Assembly (NCBI GenBank): GCA_965202585.1
Contig: OZ241834.1
Location: 25,544,001 to 25,608,000 of the forward strand
Direction: 5' to 3'
From: Thalia democratica
Taxonomy: Eukaryota
DNA: 64,000 nucleotides
The translations under genes and the position numbers were made by a program. Shown here piece after piece: positions 25,601-38,350 of this stretch; within the stretch, counting starts at the first letter, position 1, and each line of letters begins with the position of its first letter. The notes beneath the pieces are model-generated. The model ran no database searches, was not told the origin of the DNA, and saw only the letters and a list, made by a program, of their open reading frames with translations.

Positions 25601-28367
25601 TTTACATAAAGTTATAATACTGATTTATTAAATTTACAATAAAATATCCAAAGTTTAACTAAATTCACGTTAACATTAAAATAAGCTACATATTTTTATT
25701 AACTTTTGTTGGTAGAGCATGGTAGTTGTCTAAGAACTCACACTGAAGAATGTCACCGTATTGTTTATTTTCTTCTTTCAAAGAACTTTGCATTAATTCG
25801 TAGCTATCATTTTTAATTTGCTCTCCTACAACGAATATAACGGAATATTGGACATTGTACAGCCTAATGAATTTTCATAGTTTTAGTTTTGATTGTGAAC
25901 AAAAATACAAAGGTGCTAAAAACAAATTTTGATTACTGGAAATGCAAACATATACAGCAAGTTTTTTGTAATTTAAAATTGTAAGTGTATTGTCAGATGA
26001 AATTTTGCTTAGATTACGTTCATATAACTAAATTTGTTGTTACAGTCTAAATATTTACTTCTTAAAATTAGTATTGTAAGAAATAATTTTTATTTAGTTA
26101 ATATAATTAAATTTTAGCTTAGTATATTAACGCTTTTCTGAAACTATACTATTTTCTTTTAATATTTTAACTAGTAATTTAAAAAGTCCCCATTACTTTT
26201 TTTAGTAAAAAAATAACTTGATATTTTGAAGTTTTAGTTTTTTATGTCTAATAAGTTTTTTGTAGATAGGTTTTTTTTACATTTAAAGTTAACAGTTCAA
26301 CACAAAAGTTATAAATCCCTAGTTGTTAACTAATTTAAACTATAAATAATTAAACTTTTTATCTATACTATGCGATTTTTATAGAAATATTTTTAATAAA
26401 TAAGTTTTAATATATTGTTATCACAAGTTATTGTAAAACTTTGGTAAGTTTTAAGGTGATTTTGATTAGAAAGTCAATAAAAAATTATACAAAATTTACA
26501 ATAGTCAATTTGTAACATAGTTAGTAATTCAGAATAAATAAAATGCTTCTTACCACAAGCTCAAAAAATTCTTAACGCGATAAACTTAAAGCCATTAAGT
26601 TATTGAAAATAGATTTTAAGTTAGAAAAAAGTATATACTTCTAATTATTAGAAGTTAATATAGTATAGTTGTTAGAGTAACATCATGTTATATTTTTTAA
26701 GGCTTTATTTTAGAACTTTTTTTTCAAATAATTGAGCCTTAAGAAAAATCATTATTTCTGGTTCACTTATTTTGGAACTAATAATAATTTTCAACTACAA
26801 AAAGTTGTAAGGTTGTGTTTTAGGTTCTGAAATTCAAAAAAAAATACATTTTCATTTAAATACTTTTAAAAAGTATAATTGTACTTTTTAATTTATACGA
26901 GCTATTCAACTCTGACGTCACTAACTTGAATACGGAGCCCCAACTTGATCTTATAAGGTTCCTTCTCTTCGTGTTACCAACGCTCGATTTCACAAAATAT
27001 ATCATCTTTTTTCAGCTTTCTTCACATTTTATTTCCTCTAAACTCTTCCAAGGCAGAACAGAAGTGCACTCTGGCAGTTTAATAGGGGTTTCCGCACTCT
27101 GAAACATAAAGTTTGATTTTTAAAAGTGAGACTTAAAATTCAAACTTATAACAGAATAGGTTCAATTCTTTTATTCTTAATAGCTTAAACTAGTTAAACT
27201 TAAATTAACTAAATTCGTTTTTTTTTTTGTAATCAAATGAACTGGTTCAAAAACTAATTCGAACTGAAAGTTTTAAATTGTTGTTTTAAGACTTCAAAAA
27301 ATTTAAAAAAACAATCTAATTGCTAAATAAAAACCTTCATTATCTTTTGCTGCAAAATTTATCAAATAAAGTATCGGTTAACGCAAGTTTAAACAAAATT
27401 AAAACATTTTTTCAAACAAAGTAAAAAAAACACTCTGTTAAAAACTAAATGTCTGGACAAAGTAAATGTATGTCTTTTATTCACTAGACACTTAAGAAAA
27501 TGAATCACTGCACAGTTGTAAAGTATTTTAATAACTTACTTTAGCTAAACTTTCAGGTAACTTTTGAAAACCCGTTTTATTGTTTATAAATTCGTTGGTG
27601 CAGTTTTCTGGAACAAAACTCAAACAACTTTCTTTGTTTTCATTGTTAATACTTTCTTCGTTTTTGGTTATAACAAAATTTTCTTTATTATCTTCAATTG
27701 GCTCGTCTTTTTTTTGGTCATTACTTTCTTTCTTTTTTTCTTCAGGGTCTAGTGTTGTTTTATCGTTAATTTGTTTATTTTTTAGTTCATCAACACTTTT
27801 GTTCGATTTTTCCTTATCATTTCCTTGATCAGTTTTTTCTTTATCAATATTCTCTTCAAGTTTAGTTTTATCTTCACTTTGCTCATTTTTTGTGTTATCA
27901 ACGCTTTCTTTGCTTTCTTCAAAGAGATCGATTTTTTCTTTGTCATTGTTTTGTTCATTTTTTTCTACGATCTCATTCTTTGTTTTATCAATACTCTCAT
28001 CCGTTTTTTCTTTTTCACTTCCTTGGTCAATTTTTTCTTTATCAATAGTTTCTTAATTTTTTGTTTTATCAATACTTTGCTTAGGTTCATCTTTTTCTAT
28101 AATTGGCTGCTTTGAAGGTTTGATGCTTAAAACTACTAACGGATCTTTTTCTACTGAAGAAACTTTTTCCAATGAAGGAGATTTTTGCATTGAAGCAACT
28201 TTTTCCACCACAGGATCGATTTGTTTTTGATTTAAGTTTACAGCTGTTTCAAGTTTTTTATCATACTCAGCTTTTTTAGTAAACATAAGCGAGTTGAAAA
28301 ACAACAGATACATAAGACTCGCACAGCAACACAGACAGATAAATTTTTTCCGAATCTTCGTTTTCAT
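22664..28367 (-). pseudogene. GT31 family beta-1,3-galactosyltransferase-like gene, 6 exons, two in-frame nonsense codons
   Basis: Exons are 28367-27540, 27098-26926, 25863-25704, 25221-25019, 23586-23432 and 22863-22664. All are GT-AG with phases 0,2,0,2,1 consistent (1719 nt). The product has a type II TM anchor, a K/E/D-rich stem, then MIYFVKSSVGNTKRRNLIRSSWG, YGDILQ, VTDDDC, FYPTYCHGG and EDVFITG (GT31 motifs). Premature TAA at 28055-28053 and TGA at 27014-27012. Confidence 0.85.
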
Positions 28368-29614
28368 TTTAAGTGTTTTAAGATTAAATATATTCTGTGT
28401 AAGTAAAACTTGCCAGTTACTATAAAAAAACTGGAGTTTACAGTTTATTTTTTTTATAATATATTAAAGAAATAAGTATACTTGAAAAAAAGTTGAAAAT
28501 AGTCATGCTAAAAAGTAAATTTTTAAAATTAAAATAATTAAAAAAGTTTAAAAAGTAATTGACAGTACTTTTACATAGTACTACTGTTTTATTTATTTTT
28601 ATTTTTAGTAAGTAGTAAAAAAAATCACTTTTAAGTTTAACAAGTTTTTTTAAATCTAATTGTTAGAACTTTTTTTCAAAATTTAAGCGCTAACATGTTT
28701 TTTGGTCATTTGAGAGGTAATATACAAAAAAATAAAAAGTCTCACAATTTGTCTAGCAAATTTAATATTTTGATTTCTTCAAATACATCGCAGTAACTGT
28801 TTTTAGTTATTATCAGTTGTTTTGAGTTAAAAAAAAATATTTCATTTGTATTTGTGTAAAAGTTGATAACTTATTGTTTTTAATGTTTGTCAGTTACCTT
28901 TGTGAAAACTATAATATTTTTTATAATATAAAATTATGAAAAGTTCTATAAAATTATTACTGTTTCCTTTAGCTTAAACAATTTTTTAGGCAAATAAAAA
29001 TTGTCCTTTTAATAAATTATACGTATTAAGTTTCAAAAACTTGCTATTAAGTATAAAATGTAACTATTAAAGTAAACATAACTAAGAAATAATTTAAACT
29101 ACTTTTGAATTTTGTTTTTAAGCTTATAAAAATAATTATGAAAATCACAGACATTCTGTTTCAATGATAAATTTTTAAAATTTTATTACAATACAATGTT
29201 TCACTCGTTTAAAAAAACGAGATCTTCAGTTGTTTAAAATCTGTAAAAATTTATGTGATAACAAGTAGGAAGACATTAGGCTAAACTTGAAATAAAAGAA
29301 GTTAAAAAGAAAAACTGAGTAAAATCTAATTAAAACCTATAGTTTAAAGTTACTAGCATATGATGATTTTAATGTTGCTAGGCTAAATTTAGGAAAATGC
29401 ACGTTACTTAATAATTATACAATCTTAAGACTTAAACAAATAAATAAAAAATATACAATAAAAAATAATTCTACTAACATTTAGTGGCCTTGTGAAATCT
29501 GTAGATAACTAACAAAGAAAAACATCTCTTTAACTAAACCTTTAAGTTAAGTTTACTCGTTTAAAAAAAAAGTTTGGCTATTGTATTATGACGTAATTAT
29601 ATATTTGTTTAAAT

Positions 29615-32600
29615 CAGGGTTTCCCAAAGTGGGCGATATCGCCCCCCTGGGGGCGATTTTAGTATTTCGGGGGGCGATAATTAGTAAGGGGGCGAAAGGG
29701 TGGGCGATAACTAGTAAGGGGGCGATTTTAAAATTTTGGGTTGTCATAAAATTTTTACTTTTTATTTTGCTATTTTACTAATTTTAGCTTGCTATTAAAT
29801 ATTTGACCCTGTGGTAAAACTTAAACAAAAAAGTTTATTGTGTATATGTAAAATATAGAGAAAAAAATCAAGTACTTATGACTCATACTTTCAAGTTAAT
29901 TACATATTTTCAATTATATATTTTCTTATTTAACACTTACATAGATCATAGACGATCGGAATTCTTTTCACTATTTTTTAACCTTACATATATGTTATTT
30001 AGGATCATAAATGGTTTGTAAAAATCTATTTTTTCTATATTAACTATCACCTCATGAAATTTCCAATTATTTTTTGAAAAGTCATTAAGTTAGACTAAGA
30101 AATAAAACTATACAGGGTTGCCAATTTACCTAGAAAAACCTGGAGACAATTTAGGCAAACATTTTTTTTAATCTAGAATTTTTAACAATTTCACCATATT
30201 AAGTAGTAAAATTTCGGTTTGACACAAAAAAGCTATCATATAGATAAAAATATGGCAGATCCCTTCGTGGCAGATCTTTTTGAAGTAAACGACTCACAGG
30301 AAACCTTCTCCGACTTACAAACTGACCTTGAACTTAAAGTAATTTTTTCCAAAAAACGAAATGAAAGCTTTTGAACTCAACAAAAACTAACGCAAAAGTA
30401 TCCAATCATTTGAGAGGAATTTAGATTGTTGTGTGTAGTTTTTTCTTCTAGCTATGTTGTTGAGAAAGCTTTCAGTTTAGTTATCAACATCTTGAGCAAA
30501 ATATCTAATCTAGATATTTGTAAAGGAGGTGACTTGAGGCTTTATTTGACTGATTTAGAATCAGATTAGAAAAACTTGCAAGAATTCATGAACCTCATCC
30601 TTCGCATTATATTTGAATTTAGTAGCAGACATTATTTTATGAAAGTTTTTTATTTATTTGATCTTTTAAAATACTTCTTGTTTAACCTGGTTTGTATTGT
30701 ATTTAAGTAGTCTTTTTATATTAAAAATCTTTTAAGTTATTTATTCTATAGCAGGTTTGCATAATGCCTAATAAATATTAATTACGGTAGACTTCCTCTT
30801 AAGTTCGCACTTTTTACCCAAAAAAAGTGCAAACTTATACTTTCTTAAACTTAACTTAAATAAAGTCTATTACTAACTAAGTATTAATAAAACGAAAAAT
30901 ACACAATATTTAATAGCTTATATAGATCTTTTTTTTATGACTGTTTGTTTTATGTTTTAGTTGATTTCATGTTTATTCATAACGTTATTGCATATAACAT
31001 ATTTAAATTTATCATTTTGTAAAAAAAATGGTAATAATTTTTGAGTTTAAACTTTTTTATTTTGTTCAAAATGCGAATTGAAGAGAAAGTCTACTGTATT
31101 TATAAAATGTTTTATGTTTTAAATATGTTAATAGCTTTGTTTTGACCTGGTTAATTTTGTAGTTTATATTTGTCGATTTACATTACACTAAAAGTTTTTA
31201 TAGCATAGTGGTTAAAGTGTTTGTTTGAAAGAAATTTATTTGACATATTTTTGTTATTACTTGTTTAATCTGTATAAATAAAAAAGCCTTGATAACTATT
31301 AAAGTTTTTATTTCAAAAATTATTTTCGGTTTTAAAAGAGTACATATTTGATGTCTCTATTTGAAATGCTTCAACTTTTTCATTTAAAAGATTATAAAAC
31401 TCAAACTTATTTTCTAACTTGTTTTATTACTGTTAGAAATTCTATATATTAAATAATTTTAAACTATTAATACAACTGTTTTTTGTTTTATCTTATTTTT
31501 TAATATATTAGCAATTAGAATATGTTGTTTATTTTAATAGTTGAACACTAGCTTTTAGTTTTTCACTATTTTTTTCTAGTAAATTATTATAGGCAAATAA
31601 CTAGAGAAAAAATAAAATTAAACAGTATTAAATAAGCAATAAAAAAGACTGCTACAGTTACAAAAGAAAGTTTTAACACAATTAAAAGATTTTTTTAATC
31701 GATTACTTTCTGTTCACAGAATTAACTGTAAAACATTTGATTTTTTTTAAATTTAAACGAAGAAAAAAAAAGTAAAATTAAGGTTTAGTTTCCTAAAAGT
31801 TATTTTAAGTCAAAAACTATTTAATGGTATTCTACTACAAAACATATAGTTTAAAAAGTTTAGAATAAAATTTTTAATTTTACAACTAACTTGCTTAAAA
31901 TATATCTCAGCATCGAAATTAATAAGTTTACTGCATTAACAGAAAGTATTGATAAACCCACTTTTCATGTGAGATAATCAACCAGTCGGTCAAACTTCCT
32001 AAAACTGGATCAGCAATAATGTTTTAATATCTATTTCATTATGTTTAAAAAAAATCTGTTCATTCTTTTATAGTTTTTTAATCTCTGGTATTTAATTTTA
32101 GAATATGCCTATTTATATAATATTTTAAGTATTTTGTGCGGCTTAAATAAGTTACTTAGTATTCACTCTAAATGTCCGAACTTCTTTAAATGAGAGATAG
32201 TTATAATGTCAGGTTTCAGTTAAGATTTCAGATTGGTAACTTACGGTCCAGATTCAATCAAATTTCGACCCGCCAAGTAACTTGAAACTACTTGTGCAAA
32301 ATAAACAAAATTTAGTTTTTTGATGTTTATGATTTTGAAATACACTTTCAATTTGGTTTTTAGTTACTTTAGTATTTCCTAGATCACAATAATAGTTAAT
32401 CATTTTATTACAATTATGCTCGAGTCTTTTAGTTTTCTACATGTTATTTTTGTAAATTATGCAGCCCGCAATTACATTTTTTAAACGAGTTGAAACAAGA
32501 AATGATTTTTTAGTAAATATGAATCGCTGACTACAAAAGTTGTCCACCACTACCCTAAAAGTTTCATTAGTTTCAAAACAATTCATATTTAAACAGGATT

Positions 32601-32888
32601 GATTACTGATTACACAAGGCTTTTTAATATTTAAGTATTTTTATACACTTCACTGGGCTTATAAGAAAACAACAGTAACTTATTTTCTCAAGCCCTGTAA
32701 ACTATTTTGAACACAGCCGAAAAGTGCGTGTATAAGAAATACCAGACTAAATTACACATTTCGAACACAATTTTTTGGCTCAAAAGTTTGTACTTAAGAG
32801 AAAGACTACTTTTTAAAATTGTGGGGGGCGATTATTTTTCAAATTTCTGAAAAGGGGGCGATTTAGTAAATGAGTTTGGGAAACCCTG
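29615..32888 (+). mobile_element. Internally deleted hAT (Buster/Charlie/SCAND3-like) transposon, 3274 bp
   Basis: TIRs CAGGGTTTCCCAAA / TTTGGGAAACCCTG, with a perfect 8-bp TSD gtttaaat (29607-29614, 32889-32896) and ggggcga subterminal repeats. Confidence 0.92.
30258..30610 (+). pseudogene. Remnant of hAT transposase C-terminal dimerisation domain
   Basis: Translates as ...DLQTDLELK...F*TQQKLTQKYPII*...FSSSYVVEKAFS...GDLRLYLTDLESD*...HEPHPSH. This matches the Buster/SCAND3-type C-terminus (FW...KYP.LW...FPSSYL.E.GFS...GDLRL.LT.IEPD...H..HPSH). Two Trp codons appear as TGA. Confidence 0.8.
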
Positions 32889-32975
32889 GTTTAAATACTT
32901 GTACAAATTAAAATAGATATTTTTTTATCAAAACGCTCTTAAGTTTTGAAATAAAGCTTCTTAAAGTGTATAAAA

Positions 32976-33146
32976 GATGTTTCCCCGTCAGCGTTCGCTA
33001 TTTCCATTTGTTCATAGGAGCAGGTCCTGCAGATTCTCTGCGGTTTCCTTATGTGTCCGATGTGGTGTAAAATTTCCCATTTGATGTTGTAGTTAGTGTT
33101 GTTGCGTTTTAGCTTCCAAATATATTTGGATAGTTCGGTTCCGTTC
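32976..33146 (-). mobile_element. Fragment of a Penelope-like retroelement (C-terminal GIY-YIG region)
   Basis: Translates as TELSKYIWKLKRNNTNYNIKWEIL...ICRTCSYEQMEI, the TELSK.IW.LK...Y.I.W.I...C..C..E..I pattern typical of marine-invertebrate PLE endonuclease ends. Confidence 0.7.
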
Positions 33147-34779
33147 TATTCTGTTTAAAAAAAAAATGCCACAAGCTGATTGAGCTTTATAGATAAAAAT
33201 TTAAAGTTAATCATTTCAAAAAGAATTATTTTCCATGCTTTTTTTTTAGTTCAATTTTATAAAACTAGATATCAAATTTCTATCTAAATACATAAACTAG
33301 AGCGCACTAAATAAAATCTAAATAGTTTAGTTTTTATTAAACGAACTTTTTTTCTATGTTGCTAAAAATTTACCAAGTGCAAGCAAAACACAAACATAAA
33401 TAAAATAAAAAGTACATAAATCGTTCAGTTGTGTACTATTCAAAGCAAAGTAACAAGTTATAAACAATTTATATATAAACATTAAATAATAACTGATAAT
33501 ATAACTTGTTAATTGTTTATTATACTTAGTACATAAGGTTGACTGATAAACTACTTATAACTTTCTGCTACCAGTTTGTATTCATTTGCATAATAATAAA
33601 TAAATAAATAAAAGACATGAAACAACAGAAAGATGATTTAAATGCAGTTTTTTATATACAAACAAACTGAATAATACAAACTCAAAAATTAAAAGCTACG
33701 TTTAAAATAAAAACATTTTCACAAACCAATAAAGTCTTCTGTAACTAACACTGAAGCAATATTTTCATTTTTGTATTTTGAAACTTTGGAGCTGTATAAG
33801 GGTAACAAGCAACAAAAAAATGACTAATTTCGATTATTCTAGAATAATAGATAACAACGAAGTACATATAAAACGAGTTAGTCATATTAGAACATAATGA
33901 CTAATCCAATAAACCACTGTATACGTTAATTAAACAAGGTGGTTTTTTAATCATTTTTCTTCCAAACTGTTTGCATAAAAAAAATAGTTTAAACAGCTTA
34001 TCAGTGTATAACGTAAATCATTCTAAGAAAATACGTATAAAAGTCATATCAAAATAGTAGTACAAAATAAAAATGTATCTAGTTTGAGTTATCATTTAAG
34101 TTTTTAGTTTATGTATTATTGGTGAAGTCTTGAAACGGAAACTAAAAACCAAAAAAAAATTATGTTGAAACGAAAGCTAAATGTTTATCAACTAATACTT
34201 AATAAGTTGTAGAAGTTATTTTATTGTTTTCTAACAAGCAAACTAATTTTGAATATTTTCCGTGTAAGTAAAGCTTGTTATATACTGTAGAATATATTGA
34301 GTTTCATTGGGTTTTTTGTATATTTTGTAGAAACGAGTAAAGCTGAAAAAATTAAAGAAGTTACGTAAAAAAGTAATTTTATATCAATAATACTTGTGAA
34401 AAATAAATAATGATTTGCAGTTTACTTGTATCTTTAGTAAACATAAAGCACAAAGGCTTTAAAAACTGATTAACGTTAATTATTTGACATATTAACAAAA
34501 TAAAGTTTTCTACAGTTGTATCGATTTTAGAATTAAGATTCTAATACGCTTAGGTTAGACAATTTACGTCCTTTATTTAAATATAAATTTTGTTGTCATT
34601 ATAATGTTTAGAGCATTTGGATTGTAAAAGATTGATAAGACTATCCAAGAGCTTATGAGAGCTACAAAACAAGGCCTGAAAAAAAAATAGTTTTTAAAAG
34701 ACTTTCACTATTTAGATAAAGAAGTTAAGTTCCTAAAAAAATAATTAACAGCACATTTAGCACATAAATTAAAACAGTA

Positions 34780-36410
34780 TCTTTTGACTTGTTAATCTTT
34801 AAACTACATATTTAAAGATGTTTTTCCTGATCCCGGAAAGAACATTTTTCAATTTTAAATGTCATTAGAAAGAGGAAGAGTTTGTTTTGGAAGAAGAAAA
34901 AGATGGGGGATCTATTGTGGTCAGGGGGTCTTTCAGAGCGGGTTACCTTGAAAGTGAAAGAGAGTAAAAGAAGGTGAACATTTTGGAAAAAATCGATGTA
35001 GAATGTTGATGGACGAGTACTTTATTATTATTTTTATTTTATTTGTTTTAAGGTTATTATATTTCATTTCCCTACCGAATTTTCTTAGTAATTTACTTTT
35101 CCGTTGCAATGGACTCGTTTTTTTAAAAAACCGCATTTTATAAATTAATAGTAAATTTATAGGTGTATACAGTATGTTATTTTATTTCAAAATTTTTGTA
35201 TAGTGCTCTAGCTCTTTTGTTAGTTAACCTTATTAAAAAAAAAATACTTTTAATTGGTTTAAATTTATATTTTTTTTCCAAACGTACTTCTAAAAATATT
35301 TTATAACGATTTTGAAATGATTTTTCAAACTCTAAAGTAATTTACTTTAACTGCCGTTAAAAAAAGTTATACATTGCGTTTTGCTTCTTAAATCCGTAGT
35401 TATAAGTTTTTTCATACTATTTTTGTCTTAGAAAAAGCAATTTATGTTTCAAATTTTTACTGTTTCTAAGGTGTATTTTATTTATTTTTTTTGTAAACTG
35501 TTTAAAGGTTGTGATGGATGCAATATTTAATAAATTACCTGCTTTACTTAGTTTTGACTGGTTTTTGTTTAGAAAAATAATAATACAAACTGTCAGTTTA
35601 TTCTGAGCAACTAAATTTGGCTTATAGCTTTATTGCAAGTTTGAAAATAGTGTAGAAAACTATGCTCTTAAAACTTGTTAAAATTGTCTAATTACTATCA
35701 AGAGTTTAAAAATACATCACAAATAAATTGTTTAAACCTGAAACAACTGTTTAACAAGTATACCAGTTAAATTTTGACAATTTTTATTGTAAAAATAAAG
35801 ATAATAAAAAGTTGTTGAAGATAATCATTCTTAGTAAAAAATACGTGTATTTTTTAACATTAGTCGTTTTTATTATACTTTACTATGTTTTTAACATTAT
35901 TTTTCTTTTTTTAACTTTAATAATAATAATTTTAGTAAACGTAATCAAAAAGTAGCCTTTAACTTTATGCTGTTTGTGAATTACACTGACTTATTTTTCT
36001 TATATTAATTTTATCTAGTTAATTAAAACTATATATATACAATATACTTTGTAATGTTGTGAAACATATAACAGTTGTTAGTATTTTTATTTACAAATTC
36101 GTAAAGCGTTTAAAACAACCTAAACGACAACAATTTAAATAATAAAATTTGAAATAAAGAATGTTTTTTAGCTGTCTCAAGTTTGACAAGTATTTAATGA
36201 ACATGCAGTAATAGAGATAATCAAAATGTTAATTAAACAGTCGTAACTTATTATTTCGTTTGTTTTGTAGTTTTACATTCATAAAGCTTTGTGAAACGAT
36301 TTTTAGTACAAAAATTCATTGGATAAATTTTTAAGTTAGTTTATAATTTTTATAAACTGTTTTAGGTAAAAGGAAAAATAAAAACAATTGCGAAAATGAA
36401 AAGATAAAAA
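34780..36410 (+). pseudogene. Decayed duplicate of the 7TM gene C-terminus plus 3' flank
   Basis: Clear nucleotide identity from about 34905 onward. Upstream, SFDLLIFKLHI*RCFS*SRKEHFSI aligns without gaps to GLDLVVTALCVTGTFANWRERLFPF (6 identities, weak). Confidence 0.55.
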
Positions 36411-36485
36411 GTTCTAACTAACATCAACAGCATCCGAGACTTTGTACTCAAGCCCCCTTGGTAAGATTACAACATCGGTTTCTTT

Positions 36486-36543
36486 AGACTGTGCCTACCT
36501 GATGAGTTTTAATAAGAACAAATTCGGTCGTAAGTTAACTCAG
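36486..36543 (+). ncRNA. Degenerate type I hammerhead ribozyme motif (probably inactive)
   Basis: CTGATGA core at 36499-36505, stem II GTTTT-AATA-AGAAC, then AAA (G of GAAA missing), TTCGGTC, and stem I cctac/gtaag with one mismatch. Confidence 0.5.
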
Positions 36544-36719
36544 ATGCTGTTGTTTTTGGTAGCGTGAAGTTCATTATTTAAAACATATTAAATGTCGAAT
36601 TATATCTCAGTTGCAGTTTTCAAACATTTCAACTGTAAAACGGAGAATTTTATCATAAACTTTTTATTTACTTGAATAAATGTGCAATATGAATATTAAC
36701 CAACATATAACATTTAAAA

Positions 36720-37450
36720 ATATTCTAAGAGACAAAGCAAAAATTATAATAATAAAAATCAATTTTTTTATATTGTAACTTAAATTAAATTTTTAGAAAA
36801 ACAAAAGAAATATTATTTCTGTCTGCTAAGTAAGATTACAGTATAAATAATTTTAACTCAAATAATTTTTATACAAATAGTTTTTATCATTTTTCCACTT
36901 TACTCGTTTTCTTTTAAATAATAAAAGCACAAGTTACAACTACCAGCTACTATTAGAAAATACAATTAGTTGAGCAAGAAACAAATAATTTAGTAGCTAT
37001 CTAATTACTGATATTGCCTAAAAAATAATATTATATCACTTATAAAACCTATACAATTGATAATAAACGTTAAGAATTATTTTTAATTTTAATACATTTT
37101 TTCATTTAACCAGATCAAATAATTCAAACATCATGGAGTACTTTTAAAATTTTATACTTTCAAAACCAGTTAATTTCTAAACAACTTTATAACTTAATAT
37201 TAAACTACTTATACAAGCTACTAAAGACAAACAAAAAGTTTAACACATAAATTCAAAACTCTATACACTAAAATTTGTATTGATTTATTTTTTCTAAATC
37301 AAGGTAAAATAAACAAAACCAGAGTAAATGAAAAAATTTACTTCAAAGGACATTAATTTAATACGTACAATTTAAATTAAGTCGAGATCGCATAGAGCTT
37401 ACAAAAAAAATCATTACTAATAAAATAGTTTGAACAATTTTAGATTGACA
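36720..37450. repeat. Second copy of the 21650-22510 block
   Basis: Collinear with 21650-22510 (see that entry). Confidence 0.9.
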
Positions 37451-38214
37451 TTAAAACTTAATAATAACTTGAGAAAACATAGAGAAAAGTAAATAAAAAA
37501 TAACCACAAAAAACAGAAACAAAAAATATTTTTTAATATTGACTTAAAAGAAATCTTAAGAAATAAACATGATTATCTTAATAATATATATTAGGCTACT
37601 ACTACATACTTGTAACTTTCATTATGGACACACTATATCAAAAACTGTTGTTTAAACAACTTTCTTACTTATGATAAGTTCAAATGTTACTAAATAAAAC
37701 TTATACTAAGTTCCCAAAAAAATTTTAAAAATTTAGTATATGATCTTTTTATACTGTAAAAAAAAATTTTTACCAATATATTTTTTCCTGATGTTTGAAG
37801 AAAGTATTTAAGATTTTTATAATTGTTCTAATTTGTTCATTGCTAGAAGCTTCCTTAACTTGGACTGGTATAATGGAAAAATTGGTATTTTTTAAGAGGA
37901 CGCCATATAATGATAGAGGACCTGAGGACTCGTTATATAAACAAAGTATTATTATATAAAGCTAACCTTGCTAATTTATTCTAAGTAGCATTTCTTTGTG
38001 ATATTAAGTTAAGTATTGTTCAACAGGTTTTACAATTTATTACACAATTCAACATATACAAAGTAAATACGCACTATAAAAAACTCATAAATATGATAGT
38101 CGATTAAATTTCACTGATTTTAAAAAAGAGTTAACTGGTGACTTTGGCATCACCGTTCTACCAAAAGCCACGTCATAATCGCACAGCGTCAATATTGCAT
38201 GTCGCGTCACTTTT

Positions 38215-38350
38215 TCACAGTTGGTTTTTTTTTGCACATTGTGTCACTTTTGCACAGTGGGTCTATTTTGCACGAAGCATCACTTTATTACGATGGATTA
38301 TTTTTGCACGGCGTCACTTTAGCACGGAGGGTCACTGCTAAAGTGTCGAT
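38215..38350. mobile_element. Fragment of a tttgcacg-repeat element (one arm only)
   Basis: Repeated ttttgcac(a/g) units ending in agcacggagggtca, similar to gcacggagggtcaa at 19920. Confidence 0.55.

Noticed and set aside
27012-28055. Stop-codon reassignment (TAA=Glu, TGA=Trp, as in Blastocrithidia) to explain the two GT31 stops
   Set aside because: Other genes here terminate normally at TGA (SH3BP5, 7TM) and TAA (lectins). GAA>TAA and TGG>TGA are single-base GC>AT changes, and TGG>TGA also appears in the dead hAT remnant.
27564-28115. Phe-rich plus-strand ORFs
   Set aside because: They are the antisense reading of the Lys/Glu-rich GT31 exon 1.
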